Source of the DNA: a virus
DNA: 64,000 nucleotides
Direction: 5' to 3' (one strand)
Virus record (IMG/VR): IMGVR_UViG_3300044452_000161
In this document: positions 42,811 through 55,600 of the stretch, in pieces
Layout of the letters: each line of letters begins with the position of its first letter
Numbering within the stretch: the first letter of the stretch is position 1
Position numbers and translations under genes: made by a program
The notes under the pieces: generated by a model
Told to the model about the DNA's origin: nothing
Seen by the model: only the letters and a program-made list of their open reading frames with translations
Databases searched by the model: none

Positions 42811-45800
42811 TGGCTGAGACCCACGAACTTAGGTTGAAAATCGACGCCGCCGCAGCGAAGCGCGGTGGTAAGGAATTTTCTGCCGCCATTCGTGCCATTA
42901 TTCAGAATGTGCGTGACCTTGAACGGACTTCCACCGGAACGTTCGCCAAACTCCAGAAATCAATAAAAGACACGGCAAAGACTGCTGGTGGAAGCAAACT
43001 TCGGTTTGCTGACGCCACCATGAAAAAAGAACTTCGCGATATCATAAAACTTCATCGCGATCTTAATGCTGTAATGCGCCGAAGCCGAGATTGGGCGGCG
43101 AAGACAAGTACTGAGATGAAGAACTTGTCTGCTGCGTACAAGCAGGTACGTGGATCGTCTCGACAGGCTTTGACGCCTATCCAAGGATATCAACAAACCA
43201 CCAAGCTATTGGTGCAGGCAATTCGTCAATTGTCGAAGGTGCAAGCTGCACAGGCGCAACAAACGCGTGCACTGTCTCAGCAACAGCGTGCCACATCTAG
43301 TAGCGCTCGCGCTTTGGAGCGAGACATGCGGGCGGCGGGAAGTGCGACAAGCGCCGCTTCACGTTCTTTCCGCGAAGCGACTGGCAGCCTACGCGGCCTC
43401 GAGAATGCTTTCTCTGGCACATATCAGGCCGGTAGTCTTTTCCGCACGCTTCTTGGAAGTATAACTTTTGGCACTTTCACGCAGTCTGTTTATCAGGCCG
43501 GTAACGCTTTGGACCAATTCCGCGTTACCATGCAAGTGGCATCCGACACAGAACAGGAAGCTGCAGAGAACATTCAGTTCGTCAGCGATCTGGCACGTGA
43601 CTTGGGTACTTCTCTTCGTGGTGCCCGTGAAGACTTCTCCAAGTTTGCGGTATCATCAGACATTGCAGGCGTTTCTGCACAGACAACGCGAGATATTTTC
43701 AGTTCTGTAGCTATGGCGATGTCCGTTCTCGGTAAAGGGGCGGAAGACCAACGACTGGCATTTATGGCTTTGGAACAGATGATGTCGAAGGGCAAAGTCA
43801 GTTCTGAAGAACTTCGCCGTCAGTTGGGTGAACGTTTGCCAGGTGCCGTGAATATCATGGCAAAGGCTTTGAATGTTACTACTGGAGAATTGCAGGACCT
43901 TTTGAAGGCAGGTGCAATTGACTCCGCTGACGCGCTGCCGAAGTTCGCTCAAGAAGTTCGGACCATTTTTGGACCTGGGTTCCAATCCGCTACGCAGCGT
44001 GCTGGTTACAACATCGGAACGTTCCGAAACGAGATCGAGTTCTTCCTCGAAACCGCAGCACAGTCAGGACTGATGCAAGAGTTGGCTGTGCAGTTCCGTG
44101 AACTGACAGACGTTATGCGGTCGGGAGATGCTCAGGAAGCAGCAAGACTGTTGGGACGAGGTTTTGCTGACGCCGCCCGCATTGCGGGTGACGCTCTTCA
44201 GTTCATTGTGCAGAACATTGAAGAATTAGGTCGTGTCGCTAAGGCAATCTTTACGGGTGTTGTGATCAGGCAATCCCTGTTGATGTCCAATGCCTTGGTA
44301 TCTAGCGCTCAGCGCATGGTTGCTTTCACAGCCGCTATGGGGTCTTCCTCTGTTGCGGCTGCAAGCTATCAGGCGGGGATGGCTAGCAGCGCCGTTGCTA
44401 CAGGCGCGCTTGGTGCACAGGCAGCAACCACCACAACACAACTAACAGGCCTAGCAGCAGCACAGAGCCGTCTTGGTGCCTTGTCTCGTGGACTTAGTGC
44501 TTTCGCTGGACCTGCAGGACTGGCGTTTGCAGGTCTGTCGCTTCTGCCGATGTTGTTCCGCGAAACGTCTGTCGAGGCAGAAAGAGCGGCGTCTGATTAT
44601 GAAGATGCTATGCTCCGAATGGGTACGTCGTCTCTAAGCTTCATCACCCGCGCGCGTGAAGTGAATGAAGCATCAGACTTTGATAAGGTTCAACAAAATA
44701 TCTCCGACCTTATCAGGTCTTACGACGAACTGGATAAACTTCGTCGAAATGAATCTATCGTTAGTGGGGCGCTATCTGCGGCAGACAACCTTGAGCCATT
44801 TTCCTTGGCTAAAGGTGCACAGCGTGATGCCCTAACAGAACTTCGACAAGCAGCGGCAGAGTTTGTTACCTTTGGCGGCTCTATTCAGGAACAGTCCAAA
44901 CTTATCCCTGAATTGAGCCAGGCGTTTGATTTGGCCTTCCGTCGTGTTCCAGAGAGATCGGACGAGATCAAGGCACTTGATTCGGCTATCCAAGATTTCT
45001 TCAGAACTGTCGAAACGGGTGCAAGAAGTCAGAGCGCGGCGGAGAAGATCGCCGGGCCAGAAATAATCCAAAACATATACGATCAAGAAACCGCACTGCG
45101 AGAACTGCAGCGTGCCTTTGATGTAATCTTCACCGGACAATCTGCCGGAGGAATTGAGGATACGCCGCTTGGCAACCTCCAAGAGCTTCTAAACGCGTCG
45201 GGCGGCGACATGCTGACGCTTCTAGACAACTTGGAGCAATCTTTGACAGCGCTGGCAGGAACTGGAGACACAGCCGCTCTAAGCTTTCTGCAAAGCTTGC
45301 GAAACCAGATCGAAAGTTTCTCTGGAAGCCGCAACGATCTCACAGAGCTTCGCGACACGCTTCGAAAGGTAGTCGCTAACCTAGAGTCGAGTGACCTTGC
45401 AGCGCTTTCTGCTGCAGGCGGCATTATGCAGTTGATAGATGCCGCAGAGGGTGCCCACGACGCCCTAGATGCACAAGCAGCGGCAGCGGACGCCGCTAAT
45501 GCAACCTTGAACAATATCGCCGGGGCAATGGCGGGAGCCTCCGCAGAAACGCGAGGGTTGATCAACGAAGTTCAAGGCCTGATATCAGCGCTGCATCAAA
45601 TACCTAACATCCAGCTAAGCATGCGCCAAACTGTTCAGGGTGCTCTGGACGGGCTGAATGAACGCATTCGATTGGCTGGAATTACTGACCAAACAGAGAA
45701 CCGTGTTCAGCGTGAATTGTCGGGCAGTGATGCACTCCAGAAACTACGTCAAGATTATACACGTGCGACAGAACTTCTCGATGCTCAAGCAGGTTCCGGA

Positions 45801-47249
45801 AACCCAGCACTGCAAGGGCTGCGAGACGAGGTAACAAAAACCTATCAAGCATACCAAGACGGTGCAGCGAAGATTGAAGACGCGACACGCCGAGCGATCA
45901 AAGCTGAAGAAGCACAGAGAAAGAGTTTCAGAAAAGGAAGTAGAGGAGGAGGGGGAACCACTCCTACTCAAGAGGTCCTCAAAGATCGCAAGCGTTTGGT
46001 CGAAGAAACGCAACGCTATATTGCGGTAGCTCAAGCAGAGTATGATGTACTGGCACTACAAGCGACCGGGCAGCTTGAGTCTGCGCGTGCTGTAGAATTC
46101 CTTGCGGAGTCGATGGCCCTAGGCCGCGACATGAACGACGAGTTCACTGCTTCTTTGGTTCGTCAGATAGAAGAAGTTGAGCGTGTCAAAGAAGCCATGC
46201 TCACACTTGCGAACGATCCTGTCAAAGCTTGGATGGATTCCGTTCCGGGATGGCTGGAGGCTGGACAAGTAATTGAGAAAGATGTTGTCCAGAGTCTGAG
46301 TGACACGATCTCCAACTTCATTCAAACGGGCGAGTTGGATTTCCGAGGTTTGGCATCATCGATCATCTCTTCGATGGCTGATGTTATGGCGGATCAGGCT
46401 GTCAACTGGCTTCTAGAAACCTTTGGTCGCGGAGACGGGTTTGGTCTTGGCGGGTTCCTTCAAAAGACATTCGGAAAGCAAGACTCCCCAGAAGGACAAG
46501 CTCTGAGCCTATCCTCCCAAGTTGCTGGTCAAAATATTTCTGCAGCGATGATCAATGCCGGACAGGTTGTATCTCAGCAAATCCAGTCTGCAATGGTTTC
46601 GGGAGGTACGAGCACAGGAACAGCGATCCAGACTGCAGGTGCCACTACCGCTGCTACGGTGGGTGCCCAAGTACAGACCGCTGGTACGATTGCTGCGACC
46701 AACATGGGAACGCAGGTGCTTCAAGGTGGTACCGTAGCGGCTCAGCAGATGCATGCGGGTGTTACAGCAGGCGGAGCGAACGCAGCGGCACAGATCGCGG
46801 GATCAAATGCGGGTGGCGGGTTCTTGTCCGGAGGCGGGCTACTGGGAATTATCGCAGGATTCTTCTCAGAAGGGGGATACTCAAACAAGCCGGTTTCGAC
46901 TGGAGCAATTCCAGTTTCAGCGTTTATGAACGCTCCCGCTTATGCAGAAGGCACCGCCAATACATCCGGCGGTATGCCAGCAATTCTCCACGATAACGAA
47001 GCTGTCGTTCCGCTGAGCCGAGGTCGAAAAATCCCAGTCGACTTGTCCGGCTCTGGTGGCATGTCAGGAATTAGCGTTTCGTTCGGGGACATTAATGTGT
47101 CCGTCGAGACCGGGGGCGATATCGGAACAGCGGAACAAGGCGCAGTTATCGGTGAACAGATCGCCGCGACCATAGATTACCAAATCAATGAAAAACTGTC
47201 CCGTCACCTACAGTACGGTGGCATGCTATCGCCACGTGGTGGAGCCTAA
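42810..47249 (+). CDS. tail tape measure protein
   Basis: 1479 aa helical; QMMSKGKVSSEELRRQLGERLPGA tape-measure domain; position. Confidence 0.95.
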   Translation: MAETHELRLKIDAAAAKRGGKEFSAAIRAIIQNVRDLERTSTGTFAKLQKSIKDTAKTAGGSKLRFADATMKKELRDIIKLHRDLNAVMRRSRDWAAKTSTEMKNLSAAYKQVRGSSRQALTPIQGYQQTTKLLVQAIRQLSKVQAAQAQQTRALSQQQRATSSSARALERDMRAAGSATSAASRSFREATGSLRGLENAFSGTYQAGSLFRTLLGSITFGTFTQSVYQAGNALDQFRVTMQVASDTEQEAAENIQFVSDLARDLGTSLRGAREDFSKFAVSSDIAGVSAQTTRDIFSSVAMAMSVLGKGAEDQRLAFMALEQMMSKGKVSSEELRRQLGERLPGAVNIMAKALNVTTGELQDLLKAGAIDSADALPKFAQEVRTIFGPGFQSATQRAGYNIGTFRNEIEFFLETAAQSGLMQELAVQFRELTDVMRSGDAQEAARLLGRGFADAARIAGDALQFIVQNIEELGRVAKAIFTGVVIRQSLLMSNALVSSAQRMVAFTAAMGSSSVAAASYQAGMASSAVATGALGAQAATTTTQLTGLAAAQSRLGALSRGLSAFAGPAGLAFAGLSLLPMLFRETSVEAERAASDYEDAMLRMGTSSLSFITRAREVNEASDFDKVQQNISDLIRSYDELDKLRRNESIVSGALSAADNLEPFSLAKGAQRDALTELRQAAAEFVTFGGSIQEQSKLIPELSQAFDLAFRRVPERSDEIKALDSAIQDFFRTVETGARSQSAAEKIAGPEIIQNIYDQETALRELQRAFDVIFTGQSAGGIEDTPLGNLQELLNASGGDMLTLLDNLEQSLTALAGTGDTAALSFLQSLRNQIESFSGSRNDLTELRDTLRKVVANLESSDLAALSAAGGIMQLIDAAEGAHDALDAQAAAADAANATLNNIAGAMAGASAETRGLINEVQGLISALHQIPNIQLSMRQTVQGALDGLNERIRLAGITDQTENRVQRELSGSDALQKLRQDYTRATELLDAQAGSGNPALQGLRDEVTKTYQAYQDGAAKIEDATRRAIKAEEAQRKSFRKGSRGGGGTTPTQEVLKDRKRLVEETQRYIAVAQAEYDVLALQATGQLESARAVEFLAESMALGRDMNDEFTASLVRQIEEVERVKEAMLTLANDPVKAWMDSVPGWLEAGQVIEKDVVQSLSDTISNFIQTGELDFRGLASSIISSMADVMADQAVNWLLETFGRGDGFGLGGFLQKTFGKQDSPEGQALSLSSQVAGQNISAAMINAGQVVSQQIQSAMVSGGTSTGTAIQTAGATTAATVGAQVQTAGTIAATNMGTQVLQGGTVAAQQMHAGVTAGGANAAAQIAGSNAGGGFLSGGGLLGIIAGFFSEGGYSNKPVSTGAIPVSAFMNAPAYAEGTANTSGGMPAILHDNEAVVPLSRGRKIPVDLSGSGGMSGISVSFGDINVSVETGGDIGTAEQGAVIGEQIAATIDYQINEKLSRHLQYGGMLSPRGGA

Positions 47250-47596
47250 TGCCTTTAACAACGTTTCCCAACATACTACCTGACCGTTCTTCAAAACGAA
47301 CCAAGTTCAACCGAATCCTGAAAGCGGATTTCGGAGATGGGTACGGGCAAACCGCGCTGGATGGACTCAACACAGAAGTCGAAGAATGGGATTTATCGTT
47401 TAAGGATTACCCTGCTGCAGATGTGACAACAATCACTGACTTCTTAGATGCCCGTGCCAACAACGAGAGCTTTCTTTGGACCGCACCAGGCGATTTGGTT
47501 GAGAAAAAATGGAAGCAGTTGGACGAGTATGAAACCACGTTCCCGGGTCATGAAACAATGACACTTAAGGTTACCCTAAAAAGAGTTTACGTCTAA
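47249..47596 (+). CDS. distal tail protein (lambda gpM-like)
   Basis: ADFGDGYGQ...GLN, FLD....ESFLWT. Confidence 0.85.
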   Translation: MPLTTFPNILPDRSSKRTKFNRILKADFGDGYGQTALDGLNTEVEEWDLSFKDYPAADVTTITDFLDARANNESFLWTAPGDLVEKKWKQLDEYETTFPGHETMTLKVTLKRVYV

Positions 47597-48306
47597 TGAG
47601 TATAGAAGAAGAAGTACAGAAGCTGGATGGAGACGCTTTGGTGTCTCTGTATGTTCTGGACACGCAACCTTTGGGTGGAACAGATATCTTCCGGTTCACT
47701 ACTATGCAGGAAGGCGAAGCAGATGTAGTGCATGACGGATACACTTACCAGCCAATTGATATCGAAGCGACCGGCTTTGCATGGGACGGGCAGGGAGGGT
47801 TTCCTCAGCCGAAAATCCGCATTGCGAACATTGGTAATGTAATCAGTTCTGCAATTATTGGTTTCGGAGATATCGTCGGCTCCAAATTCATTCGTGTTCG
47901 TACCTTTGCACGACACTTGGATAACGGGTCCCATCCAGACCCTACAGCTATCTTTCCATATGAAATATTCACCGTTGATCAACGTACTTCACAGAACAAG
48001 ATGTTTGTTGAATGGAGGCTTAAGTCCTCACTTGAACATGGTGGCATAAAGCTCCCCCGACGCCAAGTTGTGCGAGATACCTGTACGCATTCTTATCGTA
48101 TCTACAACGGTGTAGATTTTGATTATCAAGATGCAACCTGCCCATACATTGGTGGAAGATTCTACGATGAAGAGGGTAATGTAACAACCATCGATAAAGA
48201 TGTGTGTGGGCGAAAGCTATCCGATTGTAAGGCTCGTGATCCTTATGGAAACGGCGTTCTCCCCTCTCGTGCTTTTCCTGGCGTGTCACGAAATAGAGTA
48301 TCGTAA
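47596..48306 (+). CDS. tail tip protein (lambda gpL-like)
   Basis: YQPIDIEATGF, LPRRQV..DTC, C.Y.G, DVCGR.LSDCKAR...FPG. Confidence 0.9.
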   Translation: MSIEEEVQKLDGDALVSLYVLDTQPLGGTDIFRFTTMQEGEADVVHDGYTYQPIDIEATGFAWDGQGGFPQPKIRIANIGNVISSAIIGFGDIVGSKFIRVRTFARHLDNGSHPDPTAIFPYEIFTVDQRTSQNKMFVEWRLKSSLEHGGIKLPRRQVVRDTCTHSYRIYNGVDFDYQDATCPYIGGRFYDEEGNVTTIDKDVCGRKLSDCKARDPYGNGVLPSRAFPGVSRNRVS

Positions 48307-49059
48307 ATGTTTGGCCCCGACGTAGACAAAGTTATCCTACAAGAAGCGTTGAAAACTTCTCAAGAAATCTGTGGAATTGTACAGAATGGTAAAGTTGTTT
48401 TCCTTCCCAACGAAAGCGAAGACCCAGAAGAACACTTCCTCTTAAGTACTATTCCTGATGATGCACAAGCAGTGTTTCACTCGCATCCAAACGGTCCGTT
48501 TTATCCGTCCAAACTTGACATGGAACAACAGTATGCTACGATGATCCCATGGGGCATTGCAGCATACTCCTCTATCGAAAGTGGAGTTTTCTGGTGGGGA
48601 GATGATGTTCCAATTCCTGAGTTAATTGGAAGACCATTTAGACATGGTGTTACCGATTGCTACGCACTAATCAAGGATTTTTATAAGCTTCAACACGGAG
48701 TGGATTTGCCTGAGTACCCACGCAGTTGGGAATGGTGGGACGAAGGTGAACGTCTGTATGAAGACGGATTTACGTCTGCTGGCTTTGTTGAAATAGATTC
48801 GTCTCTCATTGAACCCGGAGACGTGTTCCTAGCAGCCATTCGAAGCCCTACCTCCAACCATGGCGGAATATACTTGGGCAATGGTTTGATCCTCCACCAC
48901 ACCGCTGGACGGGGTGGATACGACAAGATGCGGCTCAGCAATGTTGAGCCAGGATCAAGGTGGTTCAAGTTTCTCTCCAAGGTTCTACGGTATGAAAACT
49001 CTCCAATTGACAGGACGCCTGGCCAAGGAGTTTGGCCCCGAGTTTCGGCTCGACATTAG
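48307..49059 (+). CDS. tail assembly protein (lambda gpK-like, JAB plus NlpC/P60)
   Basis: EICG, FHSHP...PSKLD, GRPFRHGVTDCY, NHGGIY. Confidence 0.9.
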   Translation: MFGPDVDKVILQEALKTSQEICGIVQNGKVVFLPNESEDPEEHFLLSTIPDDAQAVFHSHPNGPFYPSKLDMEQQYATMIPWGIAAYSSIESGVFWWGDDVPIPELIGRPFRHGVTDCYALIKDFYKLQHGVDLPEYPRSWEWWDEGERLYEDGFTSAGFVEIDSSLIEPGDVFLAAIRSPTSNHGGIYLGNGLILHHTAGRGGYDKMRLSNVEPGSRWFKFLSKVLRYENSPIDRTPGQGVWPRVSARH

Positions 49060-49669
49060 TTCGCCAGCGGAAGGTATCCGCGCGCTCTGTCACCAAATTC
49101 CAAACTTTGAGCCTGAACTCCGAAAAGGATCGTATCGCGTAACGATCCTCTACGATGACGCCGAGGATATGGACATCGATGCGGATGCGCTCGGTATCAA
49201 TCTCGGACGTGCATCTGGTTTTCGTGTCGAACCTGTTATTGCCGGTGCAAAGAAAAGCGGGCTGGGTAAGATCATTCTTGGTGGTCTTCTCATATTCAGC
49301 GCTTTCAGCTTTGCGCCCGTTGTAGGAGGTGCTGCAAACCTGTCCGCTGGTATTGGTGGTTCTACCATATTTACGTACAGCAACCTTGCGAACGTCGGTC
49401 TTATGATGGCCCTTCGCGGTGCCTCTTCAATTTTGACACCGACTGTCGAAACACCAGACACAGTCGAAGACGAAGACAGTTTCATCATCGATGCAACAGG
49501 GAACCTTGTTGAGCAGGGCCACGCGATCCCGCTGGTCTACGGCGAGTGCTTTACCGGCTCGGTTTTGGTCTCCAGCGGCATATCCCCAGAAGACATCGAA
49601 ATAACGACCGAAGTTGCGGCTGAGACAACACCGGAACTTATCCCCGACACCCACGCCGACGACGTATAG
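48992..49669 (+). CDS. tail assembly protein (lambda gpI-like)
   Basis: LTGRLAKEFG...SPAEGIRAL, QGHAIPLVYGE; start moved to MKTLQ. Confidence 0.85.
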   Translation: MKTLQLTGRLAKEFGPEFRLDISSPAEGIRALCHQIPNFEPELRKGSYRVTILYDDAEDMDIDADALGINLGRASGFRVEPVIAGAKKSGLGKIILGGLLIFSAFSFAPVVGGAANLSAGIGGSTIFTYSNLANVGLMMALRGASSILTPTVETPDTVEDEDSFIIDATGNLVEQGHAIPLVYGECFTGSVLVSSGISPEDIEITTEVAAETTPELIPDTHADDV

Positions 49670-49675
49670 GAATCC

Positions 49676-52600
49676 ATGAAAGACTTTGTAGACATCCAAG
49701 GCTTTAAGAAGGGTCAATCCGATCCTCCAGTTGAAGAGGCAAATACTCTTCGATCCAATTCTGTTGCAAAGCTGATCGATGTCATTTCGGAAGGGCCGTG
49801 TGAGGGCATTGTTGGAGGCACGAAAGGTGCTTATCTCGATGGAACTGTCATCACCAATGATGACGACACCTACAACTTTGAAGGCCTGCAACTTCAGGAA
49901 CGCCTGGGTGAGCCGGGGCAAGGTTGGGTTTGGGGCTTCCCGCAGGTCGAAAGCGAAGTCAACGTCGGTACTGAAGTAACCGCTGTCGCGCCGATCACAC
50001 GTACAATCAATGATCAAACTGCTGACGCCGTCCGTGTCAAGATCACCGTACCCCAACTTACAGACCTAGATACCGAAACAGGTGACCTTCGGGGCAGCCG
50101 TGTCGAGTTGGAGATTTTGCTGAAGACCGCAAGCGGACCCACATTCAACGTGGTCCACAACATGGTCATCGAAGGCAAGAACACGTCGACATATGAGCGA
50201 GGTGTTCGGATAGGCCTGCCGCCGGGACAGGGGCCGTGGGATATTCGTGTGCGTCGTGTAACACCGGACAGCACAACGTCTGACCTTTCCAACGCGACAT
50301 TCTGGTCTGGGTACACGCTCATCGTAGACGCCAAGATGCAGTATCCTGACACTGCGTATGCCGCGCTTATTGTTGATGCGCAGCAGTTTGGCTCTCGCGT
50401 TGCAGAACGTACCTACAAGTACCGTGGTATCATCTCGAGCGTTCCTAGCAACTATGATCCAATCACGCGGGTCTATACCGGCATCTGGGACGGCACTTTC
50501 AAGCAAGCCTGGCACAATAACCCTGCCTGGGTTTTGTACGACCTACTATCCAATAACCGATATGGTTTGGGAGACTTAATACCACCGTCTTCCATCGACC
50601 GATTTGGTCTCTACGCCATCGGACAATATTGTGACGAATTGGTGCCCGACGGCTTCGGCGGAACTGAGCCACGTTATACGTTCAACGGTGTTATTCGATC
50701 TCGAGAAGATGCGGCGAAAGTCTTGGACAATGTCGCATCGGTTTTCCGGGGGATGATCTATTGGGGCGCTGGCGCTGTCATGACGACAGCAGACCAACCT
50801 GGAACCCCTGCAAAGCTAGTCACACCAGCCAACGTAATCGACGGTGAATTCAATTATTCTGGTTCGCCGCTGTCTTCTCGGAGTTCCAGCGTAGCGGTCA
50901 CGTGGAATGACCCTGTCGACCTTGGTAAGTCATCTGTCATAATCGTCCAACGAGACGATCTTATACGAAAGTTCGGAGATCGCCGCCGCGAAGTGACTGC
51001 CGTTGGGTGTACTTCTCGTGGACAGGCACAGCGTGTCGCTGATTGGATTCTGTACACTGAAGAATATGAAACCGAGATGGTTTCGTACCAAGCCTCGCTG
51101 GACCACGCTGACGTCCGCCCTGGGCAGATTATCTCCATCGCAGACCCTTCTTATGCAGGCGCGCGTTTTGGTGGACGCCTTCGCTCGGCTACATCAGTTA
51201 GCAACGTCGCTACATTTGAACTTGATGGTCCTGTCACGATGCAGACCGGAGAGACCTATTCCATCACGGTCGTTGAACCTGACGGGTCGTTGACGTCATA
51301 CGACTTGGTGAATGAAGAAGCGACGGTAACAACAGTCACTGCGACCACAGACTTTGCAGCGGATTCGAACATTCCAATCGACAATGCTGTATGGATCGTA
51401 ACTGCGTCGGACGTCCAACCTCGTGAGTTCCGTGTCGTTTCCAATACGGAGAAGGCCAAGAACATCTACGAGATTACGGCGGTAATCTACAACAACAGCA
51501 AGTACGATTTCGTAGAACGCGACATCGACCTAGATGCCGGAGACTTCACTGTCTTTGACGACTACGTCGTGGTCAAACCTGTTACCGGGTTGACCGCTTC
51601 CACGTATCTCAAGCCACAAAGTGGGGGCGTATCCTCTCTTCGTTTTGTTCTTGGTTGGGACACGCCAACAGGAGTTTACAGCCAACGCTACCGAGTGTGG
51701 CTGACCGAGCCAAATGAAGCACGACGCCTTGTAGAAGTCACCGAAGCAACGAACATCGAGATTGCTGCGGAGCGAGCACTTGAGGGGTCATACACGATCA
51801 CTGTTCAAGCCGTGGGTCTCAATGACGCGGTTTCCCCGGTCGCCGAAATTGTTGTCGATACAACAGGAGTTTTCGCGCTTTCTCAGGCTCCTACAGGATG
51901 GACAGGAGAGGGCACTCTTGATGGTGTAATCCTAACTGGGGACGCCTCGACCAACCCTGCGTTCAAAGCATTCCGGATTTACGGTGCAACAGATGCAGAC
52001 CCGACTCTTATTTTCCTTGCGGATGTCAGCGAGGCTGTCTTTGTTCGTTTTTCTGGTGAAAGCGACAACATAACACGTTACAAAGTCAGTGAGATTGACC
52101 ACAACAGCGATGCCGGGTCGGCACTCACAGACTTTATCACGGTTTCGAAATTGGCTGACTTCACTGAAGTCGAAGGTCGCGTCGGAATTCTTGAAGCCAA
52201 CGAAACGGTCTTCTCCACGGCTGATCTCAATCTGGCTCTTCAGGACCTAACTGACCAAGCTTACAACGCTGAAGAGCGTACGCGAATTCAAGACCTCCTG
52301 CAGGCGGCGATTGACGGTGTGGAAGCCACACTGGAAACCGAATACCTTGTCGCTGCAGATGTCGACCTGGCGTTGGCACTGTTTCGACAAGAGCTTACCG
52401 CACAGCTTGGCCAGCGGAACCTTATCAACACTCCATACCCGTACACCGGATCATCGGACGTGTTCGGAGGTTGGAACAATCTTGTCGAAGACGCCAGCAT
52501 ACCAGTCTGGGCACCAGTTGGTGCCACATCTTTTCAAGCAACGAATACCTGGGCCTTCGAGACGCCAGTCATATCTGGCGACGCAGATGGGAAATCGTTC

Positions 52601-55600
52601 TCAATTGAGTTAGATTGTGAAACGCTAGGCGCTCCATCTGGCATACAGGTGGGAATATTTTCTGGTTCGGTAGGAGCGCCTAACCTCATCTCTTCTGTTG
52701 TCTTTCCGGGCAACGCCAACTGGACCGCTGTTTCTGATTCATTTGGGCCTCTGTCTGGAACAACGACTGAGTACTTTTTTGGTGTACGCGCCGCTGGAGC
52801 CGGAGAGGATGTTCGTTTCCGCAATCTGGTGATTTTGGACGACTCCGAGAAGGCAGGAATTTACTCCGACATTGAAACGGTCGAGGTCGCAGCGGCTAGC
52901 GCGAACCAAGCTATTGCGCAACAGAGCCTTGAGCTTCAGTCGAGCTTCAAACCAGGCGATTACATCATAACCAACTCTCCCCGGACCGGAACAATCAATC
53001 CTACCGGCCAATGGCAGAATGTAACAGTTGTCGCGAACCGTCCATCGAGCGCTCCATCTTTTGCAGAGTCCTTCCAAGTTGGAGGAACTGCTGCATACGA
53101 AAACCCACGTCGAATAGCGAACTTGAACGGCAGAACGTTGGAGTTCACGAGCCAAATAGATTTCACCAACGCCCCGTCGGGAGTTGTATTTGAAATTGTT
53201 GGAACGTTGTCCACTGATCTCTCTGACCCAAGCAATTCAGTCATTGAATCACACACGTTAAGCGGAAGTGGATGGACGGCGATAACTCATCGTTTTACGC
53301 CATCGGTAGACACTGTTAACTGGGTTCCGCGTCTTCGTTGTTTGAACGGTGGAGAGACAGCGGATTTCTACAACGCAGAACTCTTCGAGCAGACTGACGC
53401 TGAAATTGCCAACGCTGCGATCCAGCAGGAAGCATCAACGCGGGCGGCTGAAGACGCTTCTCAAGCTTCCTTGATAACGACACTGCAAAGCGATCTCACT
53501 GACGCTGAAACAGACATCTCTAATCTGAGTTCTGACCTATCGGTCAACTACTACACCAAAACACAAGTCTACACTCAGGCGCAGACGAATTCTCAGATCA
53601 GCAGCACGATTGCTGGTTATAACCTCGACCTGAACTCTGACTTCGCCAATTTGAAAGACGATGTACAAGATGCGGAGAGTGATATTTCCGGCATCAACTC
53701 CAATCTCAGCATCAATTATTATACCAAGGCTGAGACCGATGGTGAGATCAGTACAGGAGTCTCCCAAGGACTGGCGACTTACACAGTCAACTTGGGGGGA
53801 AGCAACGTAACGTTGCAGCAGCTTTCCTCGGCTGTCGATGGCGTGCGCGGTGAGTGGTCGGTTGTTGTCAACAACAACGGCGTTGTGTCCGGCATACAGT
53901 TGCTCTCCGAGCAGGTTGATGGTGGAGGTTCTTCAAGCCAACTCACCATTCAGGCTGACAAATTCCGCGTTGTTTCCAATACAGCATCCTCAACAAGTGG
54001 AGCAAAAACTCCGTTTGAAATCAGCGGTAGTTTCGTACGTCTATCGGGAGATGTGCTGATCGACGGCTCACTAACGTTGATCAGCGATATCAACAAAGGG
54101 TCGTTCGATAGCGCAACAGAAAGCCAACTCGATGACGCATCTGCTGATGCAGCAACGGCACAACTCGCCGCCAATGCCGCTCAGACCACGGCAGACAGTA
54201 AGCCAGATACGTACCGACAATCGTCTACACCGAGTTCCCCAAACACTGGGGATATCTGGATCGATACCTCCAACAACAAAGTAAAGCGTTACAACGGATC
54301 AAGTTGGCAGACCGCTGTTCTGGAGGCAGAAAGTGTTGTTGCAGGCTGGGTCTACACAGGTTCGCTGTCGGCTGCACAGGTTAATGCTGTTGCAATCAAT
54401 GCGAGCAGTATCAGCACAGGCACGCTGAATGCGTCTCGTCTGGCATTGAACGGCTCCTTTTTGGAAGTAGGCACCGGAGGCGTTCTACAAATTGCTGACG
54501 ACGCCATTGATACTGATCAGTTGGCGAATGACGCCGTAGGTTCGACGCAGCTTGCAAACGATGTTGTTAATGACATCCAAACCGGAGTGACCGATAGTGC
54601 ACAGGCGCTAACAGACGCTTCGAATGCACAGAGCGACGCCACACAAGCCATCGGCGATGCCGCTACCGCGCAGGCCACGGCGGACAGTAAGAATGAAACC
54701 TTTATCCAGTTCAGTGCTCCGACAGCGACCGGAGTTGGAGACCTTTGGTTTGATACTAGCGGCGGATTTGGTTCCTACATCCTGAAGCGCTGGAGTGGGT
54801 CGTCCTGGGTCGAGGCAACTATCCAGGCGTACGAAGTGCGTTCCGATTGGGTATATGCAGGGACACTAACAGCGTCACAGGTCAACGCTGTTGCGATCAA
54901 TGCAGGGTCTATTACGGCAGGCGTTCTCAGCGCGACTGTTCTGAACTTGAACGGCACGATGTTTACCGCCGCCGGTAACACACTAGAGATTGCTGACGAT
55001 GGTATCGACACTGCACAGATCGCGAACGACGCTATCGAAAACGCACAGATCGCGAACAACGCTGTTCAGTCAGATCAACTCAGTGCCAATGCTGTCACAG
55101 CAGGTAAAATCGCCGCCAATGCGGTGACGGCAACTGAAATCAATGTAACCAATCTTTCCGCCATCAACGCCGACCTTGGCACGATCACGGGCGGCTCGCT
55201 CGACATCGGCACGTCTTCGCAGGGCCTAGAAGTGAACGTGTTGGGCAAAGAAAACTCAGTCTATGCGAACCAAAACCATATCAATAACTATGCGCTGTAT
55301 GCTGAGAACCACTTCGACAACAACAGCTTTGCATCTGGGGCAATGTTCATCCGGTCGCACAATGGCTACACCTTGCAGATTGTGCAGACCGACAACGTGA
55401 CCAACAACGTCGCGGCTAGTATCCAAAACTCAGGATCGGGCGGCGGCAACGCCGAAATCGGCTGCGCAGGACTGACAGGTGGTTACGCGTTCGAAGCAAT
55501 TAGTGGTGGTTACTATGACACGTCGGGTGATGGTTATGCACCCTTCACCGGGAAACACGAGGCGTATATGCGCGCCAACCTCGAGGCACAAGTGCAGCCG